Of a DNA stretch of 22,111 nt, positions 11,216 to 20,040 are shown piece after piece (the first letter of the stretch is position 1; each line of letters begins with the position of its first letter). The DNA is taken from NCBI GenBank assembly GCA_010405405.1, contig MU004248.1, forward strand, positions 124,001-146,111, read 5' to 3'. Under the pieces are notes generated by a model. The model searched no databases and was not told where the DNA came from. It saw nothing but the letters and a program-made list of their open reading frames with translations. A program made the position numbers and the translations under genes. The DNA is from Microthyrium microscopicum (taxonomy: Eukaryota).

Positions 11216-12360
11216 AAAACAATCTGTACATAATATTTCATATTTTTCAATTGCCTATTGTCACCATTTTCTGCTCTCATCTGCATGTATGAAAAATGAC
11301 ACGGCGCGAAATATCGAGCCAATAACCCAAAAATATCTGGGGGAGTTGGGACAGCAAAGGCAAGACAGACCTGATTGAAGCAAGCGCCAGGAACAAGCCT
11401 TGACTCTTTGCATCTCAATATCCAATCATCCACTCCAACAATTGATCCTTACAACCCCCTTGAAACTGCTTAAGGCTTCAACTGCTTATCCTCACAGTAA
11501 TCCTGATTCTTGATCCTGTCGCGTCTTTGCCGTCTCAATTTATCATCTGATTCATCTCTCCATCCCCAGTGTACCTATAACCTATATTGTTTCAATTGAA
11601 CCCTTCCCTCTGTCACCATCACTCAATCATACAGTGCTAATCATAATCCCCACTATACTCTCTCTCTCTACTGCCTATTCCTTCCCTATTAAGAAACGCC
11701 ACAATATATTCTTAATCAATTCCATACACTATCTGTGTACTAGCCTGGGCTTTCCCCATCCCTTTTTCTATCATCCACGCCCTTTTGCGCCTGCGAACAG
11801 AGCGGGCTGCGGGGAGCACATTCAGTCTCTCAAGCTCTCAAACTTATGTTGCTTCTCTTATAATCGAGCAGTCCTCTCTCCAAAGTCTCCAGCTATCACG
11901 TCTTCTAAGCTAGTAGCTGTACGTCTGCTTCCCCATTGCCCGAAAGCGCTATCCTACCGTCAATGTCAATCACCATCAATCATCACCTTTACCCTCCTTC
12001 TTCGTCAGACCTCATTCATATCCATAATATTCCAATTGTCCATTGATCACCCAGCAAAATAAATTGTACTAACGAACCATGCCCCATTCCCCAGTTATGC
12101 TAAATGGTCCAAACTCCGTATTCTATGATCAAGTTCACTCCCGCTTCCAATGCTATTATAATAATCTTGAGCTCATTTGCTTGCCATATCAAGCACTACA
12201 AGTACAATTCCCATGAGAGACATACCGCGAATTCCTTTGTAACATGATAATATGGCTTTGCTAGCACCAGTGACTCTCTTGTCCCAGACTTTTTCCCAAT
12301 TCATCAAACATGCTGCAAAGAGACCTTTGAGGAACCAGGAGAACAAAGCGAGCCGCAAAG

Positions 12361-13010
12361 CTAATGATTTCTCTTCCCTTTGCCCTTGTCCTTGATCTTA
12401 CTATCTTTCTCCTCCTTTTCGTCTTTGGCGCATCCGCAGTCGTAGAAATCCCCAATGTTCGCACAATCAAACATGTCCTTCTTTAATCGCTTGTTGACCT
12501 GGTTATGTACATGGCATCCCCATGCTGCTGCCGCACTTCTCGACGACACTTGCGGTGGAAACTTCTTCAACAGCTCCCCGAAATGCGATGCACAGTCTCC
12601 ACAAGGATATAGACGTTGAAATAGATGAATATACGATCGAAGGGCCTCGCTCTCGTCCTGCGTTGGCTTATCGGGAAATCGTGCAAACGTTGTGTGGAGG
12701 ACTTTCCAAGCCGCTCGTCCTAATTCTGCTCTGCATGGCTGTCAGTCTCGACTCTTCTTCCTACACCTATTCTTGATGTGCGGTGAATATACTTGGCCGT
12801 CTCGTTGCCCAACTTGGGTGCAATTGCTGCCCCTGGCTCGTTAAAGTGCTTGGTGCTGCCTAAGCCTTGGGATTTCGCCGTTGCCGTTTGGCCATTGCGG
12901 AAGCTTGCGACAAAGAGAATAAATATAAAGATCGTGACTGCTGCGGCGAGAATCATAAAGCGGCGCGGCGCAGTGTTCCGCCCACTAGGCGGTTGTATGT
13001 ATCGGCCCAT
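12361..13010 (-). CDS. ERV2: FAD-linked sulfhydryl oxidase Erv2, ~195 aa; exons 13010-12793, 12730-12361
   Basis: N-terminal signal anchor, LGNETAK/AELGRAAWKVLH, the YPCGDC redox motif, WGCHVHN.VN.RL.K..FDC, and the C-terminal CGC shuttle motif typical of Erv2. Intron GTATAT...CTGAC...CAG. Confidence 0.95.
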
Positions 13011-13494
13011 CTCAATTTGAAAGGAGTGTTCACATCGGCGGAGAATAGGGAGGAAGAAGAGTCCGGATTGTTGAAAGGTGGAAAGTGGAATGATGAACGT
13101 GGGACGAGTTACACATCGATATATCCTGCAGTCAGGGCACGGCCCTAATGCATGTCAGCCTCATGTAGCGCCTGATTGCCTCAGCCTTATACTGCTCACT
13201 CTCCACTCACTTATTTATTCTTCGCAGGGTACAAGAAATACAGAACTCTGCTCTATTCCAGAGGCTGTCGCATCGTCACAAGTTTCTCATATTGACAGCA
13301 GAAGCATATCACGCACTTAAGCTTGAAGGACTATGAAATGGTGTGGAAGTGATATTCATTCTTCATGTCGTCGCACCTATGCTCGGACCTAATCATCTTC
13401 TGCTGCTGCCGCTCTGACTTCTCTCGAATCAAAAGATCTGGCTACATTGCCCTCTTTCCACCGTAGAATGCCAGCCAGTTTGGTAGGTGCCAGA

Positions 13495-14058
13495 CTAACA
13501 CTTTGCTTGAGAACCTGGATGAACAGCACCCGTGTTGCAGTTTCCGTTGCTGAACAATGGAGAAGCTACGAGATATTGGTATGAACTATCAGTTGTGGCC
13601 TTTATGTTTTACTTACAATTAGTGTTCAGGTTTGATAGCGGGTTGCGAATCAACGGAACGTTTCCACCAGGCGTCAGGCGATTCTCGCACTGGATTTGAG
13701 CTTCACCACCATTCGAATCGGGGCTTCCAGTCCAGACATCTACCCAGGCACCGGAGCAGCTCGCGCAGAAGTCTTCGTAGCGCAGGTACTTTTGGAGGTA
13801 AGGCAAGTAGACGACCTCGCCAGGGGAGAAGACTCCATCCGCAGCCGCCATGGTCAAGGGATTGCCGAACGAGCCATCACCGCCCGCTCTCTCACCATGT
13901 GGGCCGCATCCTCCTGGGCAGGAGATTGCTGGTCCTGGAGGATCGTTGTCCGGATAGCCGTAGAAGGTGACTTTGACTTGGTCAACACTTGAGCACGATT
14001 CGGCGAAGGTGACAAGCATGAATGATGCAAGTAGCATCAAGATTGCAAGAATCTGCAT
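13495..14058 (-). CDS. Small secreted cysteine-rich protein, ~170 aa with 8 Cys; exons 14058-13617, 13565-13495
   Basis: Hydrophobic signal peptide, and TFYGYPDNDPP, GGDGSFGNPLTMA, Y.PYLQKY...ED.C..C and VDVWTG motifs. A GTAAGT...TAG intron adds SSPLFSNGNCNTGAVHPGSQAKC*. Confidence 0.88.
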
Positions 14059-14942
14059 GATGAGATTGTTTTGTTGTTTGTGATGTTAATCCTTGAATGC
14101 TTTGAAGAATTACCGGGTTGCTAGTTGTGGTTGAAAGAAGAGGATGTGTGAAGGAAGGTTGTTTGGAGAAAGTTATGGAGGATGGTGTTGCGACTTACAA
14201 GTACCAAATAGGCTAAGGAAGAGAAGTTGGTTCAAACAGTGAAGTTTCGAGGCAACAATGAAAGCTCATGATGGTGAGTTTCCAGCGACTAGTCAGAGAC
14301 AAGAAATGCCATTGAGGTTACTTTTCACCTAATAGTATCACGCTAATGGGACACTGGGCGAGGTCTTGAAGTCAGCACCTCAAGTTGAAAATCAAGTCCT
14401 ACGCGGAAGACAATATTCTATTTCAATATCAGCTATTGAGACACAGCTCTTTATGTCATGGGGAATAAGGGGCTCTTCTTCAAATCCTATGATGATAGTA
14501 CATTGCAATACCTCTCTCCAATAGCACCTCCGTCTCAAGACATGTGAGAGCTCGAAGCAAATTTTGATTCCAATACGTATATTATGGTTTTGGTATACTT
14601 GTAAGCTGTGCAACATGTTCAAGCAGGGGCGTCCGATTTTGGCGAGTATGTGACACCAGAAAAAGGCACAGTTACATGACTTCCAGACAGAACTTTTACC
14701 ACGATGTTATACAGATGTCTTGACAGAAGAAATGATACTAACAGGTTCTCGCAACCATAGTGCTTTCGACCAGGGGAACTGGCTTGAAGCAGAGGGATAC
14801 ACCTCTATGATTGAAGTTCATTTGCTACTTGAACAACGTTAGCGCTTTGATATTCCTACCAAGCAAAGCCAACTCTATGCAGCCAACATTTGAAAAACAA
14901 ACAACCTTCGTATCAACAAACATGTGAAATCAATGCGATATA

Positions 14943-16700
14943 TCAAAGCTTCGCCTTGGCACCTTCCCTCTTTGCCTCATCTTTCAACAATCGACGTAAT
15001 AGCTTGCCTGATGTACTCTTTGGAATTGCCTCCTTGAATCGTATCCCGCCCCTTAGCTTTTTATGTGGGGCAACCTTGCTCGCCAGCCAGCTTGAAATCT
15101 CTTCCGCAGTTGCTTCATTGGCGGCAACACCCTGTTTGACAACAAGATATGCTCGCGGTAATTCAGATGCATGCTCTTCGGAGTAAACGCCCACTACCGC
15201 TGCATCATCCACCTTGGGATGGTCGATCAATAGTCCTTCGAGCTCTGCAGGAGCGACTTGGAAACCCTTGTACTTGATAAGCTCTTTGGCACGATCCGTG
15301 ATATAGAAGTAGCCATCCTTGTCTTCGTGTCCAATATCACCGGTTTTGAAGAAGCCATCAGGCGTAAAGGCGTCCTTGGTAAGTTCTGGCCGGTTGAGGT
15401 AGCCCTTGAACACGTTAGGTCCTTTGAGAGCCAGCTCACCAGTCTCTCCGACGGGTAGTTCATTTCCATCGGCGTCCAAATATTTGGCTTGAAGATTTGG
15501 CAAAAGCTTGCCTGTAGAACCCATGCGGCTCTTCCAGTCATCCCAAGGAAGGACATGGGTGGTTGGCGATGTTTCACTGAGCCCGTAGCCTTGCTTCACA
15601 GGAAGCTCGAACCGTTTCTGTAGCGCAAGAATGAGCTCCTTGGTCAATGGTGCAGCACCTGAGTTGACCATGCGCAAGCTGGAGAGGTCGTATTTATTGA
15701 CAATAGGGTGTTTGGCCAGTCCAAGTAGGATTGGGGGAACGAGGTAGACGAATGAGATTTTGTACTCTTGCACAATCTGGCAGAAGCGTTCGAGCTCAAA
15801 CTGGGCCATAACTACTAGCTCAAAACCGCGGTGGCAAGATTGCATGATCAGACACGTCAGACCTAAAATCATTAGATAGGTGATCACAGTAGCTCGTTTG
15901 GAGATACGTACCGTAAATATGGAAAAAGGGCAAGAAAGCCAAGATTCGGTCTCCCTTTCCACTTGGCCCACCCTGCCAGCTCAACTTGTTACTCTCACTA
16001 GCTTGAAGCTGGAGTAAGTTGGAAGTAATGTTTTGATGCGTCAACATCACACCCTTTGGCAAACCTGTAGTGCCTGACGAGTAGACAAGGAATGCCAAAT
16101 CCTTTTCGGGTACAACCTTGGCCTTGCGATAACGAATGGCACCCGAGATGTTGCGAATGCTTGTAAAGTGCTTGAAGCTGGCGTCTTGTAGGCGTTTATC
16201 TCCCATGAGGATGATAAACTCGCGATCCAATCCAGCAATCTCGGCGGCCTTGAGGGCAACGGGGAGAAAGTCGACCTGGGTCACCAATGCTTTCGCGTTG
16301 GAATCCTTGAGCTGGAAAGCCAACTCGTCGGCAGTATAAGCAAAATTGGCCGGGCTTAGCACACCTCCAGCCCAAAGAGTACCCCACATTATGGCTGGAG
16401 TGTCGATACAGTTGGGGGAGTAGAGAGCAACGACATCGCCCTTCTTCCAGTCCCACACGGCACGAAGACCTTTGCCGAAATCGGTAGCAGCGGCTTTGAC
16501 GGAGGCATAGGTGTAGCTACGACCAGTTTCGGGGTCGGTGTAAAGAGCTATACAACATGTCAGAGTGAGGTGGACGTACAGTAAGTTAATGTTCAAGTAC
16601 CTTTGTCGTCTGGATATTCACGTTCCTTGCGCTCAAACATAAAGTTGAAGATGTCGACTTTGGGAGGCTCAAAGGCCGGGAACTCTGAAGAAACGGGCAT
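14943..16700 (-). CDS. 4-coumarate-CoA ligase-like / phenylacetyl-CoA ligase-like AMP-binding enzyme, ~551 aa, peroxisomal; exons 16700-16601, 16547-15912, 15862-14943
   Basis: YSSGTTGLPKGV, LPFFHIYG, QGYGLSETSP, FKTGD, DRAKELIKYKGFQVAPAELE and PKSTSGKLLRR motifs. C-terminal -AKL is a PTS1. Both introns are GT-AG and frame-consistent. Confidence 0.95.
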
Positions 16701-16974
16701 TTTGATTATATTTCAAGGCGTATCACACGGTTCAGAATGGAACGGTGCTGTCTAGTATTGATGTACAGATCGACAGGACTTGAAGATTTCACAACAAGGA
16801 AAGGCAGCAGTCAAGACTCGAGTACACAGCAAGATACAGAAAAGCCGATGAACACCAGACAGAGAAAGAATAAGCTTAGCAAAGGCGGCACATATTTTGA
16901 TAGTCAAATATAAATGGTTTGGGGGGTTGTTTGAGAGGAGTTGACCAACCAATGGGGAGTAGATTGAATGCATC

Positions 16975-17034
16975 CCGAGGCTAACCGTGGGACTTTTGAG
17001 TTGATTGGAGCCTTTGTAGGTGTGGTGGCCTCGG
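16975..17034. promoter_or_regulatory. Two CCTCGG elements (FarA/FarB/Ctf1-type) in the bidirectional promoter
   Basis: CCGAGG at 16975-16980 and CCTCGG at 17029-17034, with CCAAT boxes nearby (16949, 17004 on the reverse strand, 17043). They lie between two genes with PTS1-type ends. Confidence 0.6.
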
Positions 17035-17414
17035 CAACTTTGCCAATGCGGCGATTGATGTGTGCTGGGTTCCTCTAATGAACCATTGCCGTCTATCAAA
17101 TACTCAAAGTATATCAGATACTGCACAGGTACCGCTGTTAAATTGTCTTCAAAGACAGCCAAACAGCTTTGAGAGATACAGGAATTACCTGCACCGTGCT
17201 TACTACCATTGGATCAAACGTCCATAGCTCATTCTCACCTTCTACCCCACATCCAATATTTCCTAATACAGCAATTAGCTCGGTTACTTCTCTGCTTCTC
17301 CCAACCTCCCAACCTCCCACCCTCCCATCAAAAACCCCTATCAACTACATCAAACATTGAGACCTCTAGCCTCAACATCTTAATATTGATACCAAACACT
17401 GTCCACCCCTAATT

Positions 17415-18515
17415 ATGACAGACAGCTCCGCGCCCTTGAGCTGGGCAGATGCCACGGCCATCAAGCAGCTTGATTCGCATACATATGAAGCAAATCTTCA
17501 GCATGACTGGTCTATAGGCAATGGTAAACTGACATTGTCTTTTATTCCCTTGCCAAGCTGCTAATCACAGCCTAGTTCCTCACGGCGGGTAAGAGCCCTC
17601 TCCCCAAGCATCCTATTCGATCGGCTTGACATTTCGTGGGCTTTCCCTCAACTCGTACTAATACTCTCCAGTTATACCACGTCGACCATTCTATGCGTGG
17701 CCAAAAAACACTTTACCTTGACCCACCTCAAGCAAAACCAACCTCATCCTCTTACCACTCACGTTGAATTTCCGCGTCGTACCTCAACCGGCCCAGCCAT
17801 CTTCATTGTCCGCGATGTCAAACTCGGCCGCCAGACATCCACCCTCCACATTACCCTTCGTCAAAATGACCAAGATATAGTCCTAGCCTACATCAACATG
17901 TCCAACCTAGCCACCGAGCAAGGCGTTACCTTCCCAACCAACTGGGAACTGAATCCACCACGCGTACCAGCCGATGTTGAGCGGCTTAACGACGGCGCAG
18001 ATGAAGCTTGGGTAGAGCAAAAGACAATGCCTTTTGCCGAGTTTCGGCGCGCCAGCTCGCGTGTACGATTCTTTTTCCCAAGAACAGGACAAGTATTACG
18101 GAGCGTATGCGATCAGTGGGTATGTTTCCGCGACGGATCTCGATTTACCACCGAGAGTCTAGGTTTTGTAGCCGACATGTTTCCGCAAGTTGTCGAGAGC
18201 TACAGAGAGGAAGATGATCCGTATCACGTAGCTCCAGAGAAGAATAAAAAGGAAATGGGCGCCCGGTTCTGGTATCCTACTGTGGTCCTCAATCTGGATG
18301 TTAAAAAGGCACTGCCCGAAGAAGGGGTCGAATGGCTATTCTGCAGAATCCGCAGTAAATCAATAAACAATGGCAGGTTGGACATTGAAGTCGTCATTAT
18401 GGATCGAGATGGCGGTATTGTGGCCTTGAGTCACCATGTAACTTTAGTATTGGGTGCTGCCAGAAATCTAGCAGCGAGGCGAAAGGAAGGAAAAGGTGAA
18501 GAGAGCAAGATATAG
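17415..18515 (+). CDS. Double-hotdog acyl-CoA thioesterase family protein, ~321 aa; exons 17415-17523, 17576-17588, 17672-18515
   Basis: Spliced DWSIGNVPHGGY motif, plus VKLGRQTS, GFVADMFP, FWYPTVVLNLDVKKALP and NGRLD.EV motifs. C-terminal -SKI is PTS1-like. A 13-nt micro-exon is needed for frame and motif. Confidence 0.9.
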
Positions 18516-18725
18516 ACTCCAGGAACCGTATTATCTCATTCTCTGGACCCATAAGAAACCCACTCCTGTCCATCTAATCTTATCTCCCGCCCAACCTCAC
18601 TTCTATTCAAATACCTCCTGTGGCGGTCCTTCCAAAATTCTACACGTCAACGACGACTATACGGTCATAATGATAGCAATCATACCATACACCAACACTA
18701 TCTTCACCCAATAACGTCCATCTCA

Positions 18726-19433
18726 ATGGCTTTCCTGCTTTCCAGAGTCAATTCAATTCTTCCGACTACCACACCAAGATCTCTATGTTCCCCGAATTTT
18801 CGCCAGCGACGTAACTTTCTGCCCGCGCCTCCTTTTATATCAGCTCCTCCTATCCAGCGCCTTTCCGCCTCACGGACGCTTCCATACCCAAGCTTGCCTA
18901 TATATACCATAATCGCGGATGTACCTTCATATTCCAGTTTTTTGCCCTATTGTCTCGCCAGCGCCGTGACCCACTGGTCTGACAAAGATATGGAACTCCA
19001 TAGGCGGTGGCCTGAAGAAGCCGAGCTTGAAATCGGTTGGGGCAGCGTCCGCGAGATCTTTACCAGCCGAATCTACTGTGTGCCAGGCCGCATCATTGAA
19101 GCTGTTGCAGGCGACGCTTCAACCAGCGTCGAGGCGCAAGAGGCCAAACACCATACGCATGTGACATCGAACAATGCTTCTAAAGGCAATGCGGGAGGCG
19201 ATATATTGACTCACCTGTTAACTCGGTGGGAGGTATCCCCGATTATCACAGAACTTGGACACGAGAGTACAAAGGTGGCTCTTGATATTGAGTTTCAATT
19301 CGCAAACCCTTTGTATGCCGCCATGAGCCAAGTTGCAGCTGGGGCTGTTGCGGAAAAGATGATTCAAGCTTTTGAAACACGAATCAGGGATGAAATATTA
19401 GCACAACGGAATAAAGATGAGGCAGGCTCATGA
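18726..19433 (+). CDS. COQ10: Coenzyme Q-binding START-domain protein Coq10, mitochondrial
   Basis: R/S-rich presequence, SRTLPY...IYTIIADV.SYSSFLPYC, AELEIGWG...E.FTSR, L.TRW, and V.LDIEFQFANPLY...MIQAFE.R, all typical of Coq10. Confidence 0.92.
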   Translation: MAFLLSRVNSILPTTTPRSLCSPNFRQRRNFLPAPPFISAPPIQRLSASRTLPYPSLPIYTIIADVPSYSSFLPYCLASAVTHWSDKDMELHRRWPEEAELEIGWGSVREIFTSRIYCVPGRIIEAVAGDASTSVEAQEAKHHTHVTSNNASKGNAGGDILTHLLTRWEVSPIITELGHESTKVALDIEFQFANPLYAAMSQVAAGAVAEKMIQAFETRIRDEILAQRNKDEAGS

Positions 19434-19703
19434 ATTTAACAAAGAAGCAGGTGATGCGGTTGTATAAGTATTATTAAATAGATAAGAACAACTCTCCCAC
19501 AATAATTGCATGTATGCTGCGAGTAATTGTACTATGTCTCGAAGGGACTTCCAGTCGTTATGTGTTGAGATATTATTTATGCAAATCGTGGATACGTGTA
19601 AATATATGGAATAATTGGTCAGAGATCTTTACGACAAGTGCAATATGGTTCTGTACTGAGTTCCCAGTATGAAGTCTCCAGAAGGGAACGATCTTAAAAC
19701 TGG

Positions 19704-20040
19704 CCACTAAACTTTGGCTGCGTGGAATGCTGACAAAGGGGACAGAATTGACAAAAGAGACAGGCGCCATCTAACTTCAGCCTCCTTGCGCTAATTTAGT
19801 GTCAGTATTCAGGCAGCCGCCTGGTTGTGGTGACCGATCAAGCTGAAATTTAGTGGGGCATTAGTGAAGGCCCATGGCTAGCGACCCCTCAGCTGGGACT
19901 CAGCCGAAGAGTCCTAGTGGAATGAGTCCCTAACAAAAGGGACACGGACGCGGGAGCCCACTAAACCTCATGTAAATGACAAAGGGGACAACCCGCTATT
20001 GACTAAACCCCAGTGAGGTGTGTCACTGACAAAGAGGACA
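19704..20040. promoter_or_regulatory. Cluster of five same-orientation TRACAAARRRGACA motifs interleaved with CACTAAA/TTTAGTG motifs
   Basis: 14-mers at 19731, 19749, 19931, 19977 and 20027. The second motif occurs at 19704, 19795, 19849 and 19957. The repeats are seen directly; a regulatory function is inferred. Confidence 0.55.

Noticed and set aside
11821..11987. Minus-strand GTGATGA ... CTGA as a C/D snoRNA
   Set aside because: Boxes are about 160 nt apart with no terminal stem or recognisable rRNA guide.
11634..12062. 142-aa + strand ORF
   Set aside because: Non-ATG start, no recognisable motif, and it reads through an apparent intron.
19731..20040. CRISPR-like reading of the 14-bp repeats
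   Set aside because: Eukaryotic context, repeats too short and degenerate, spacers of 4-168 bp, and no cas genes.
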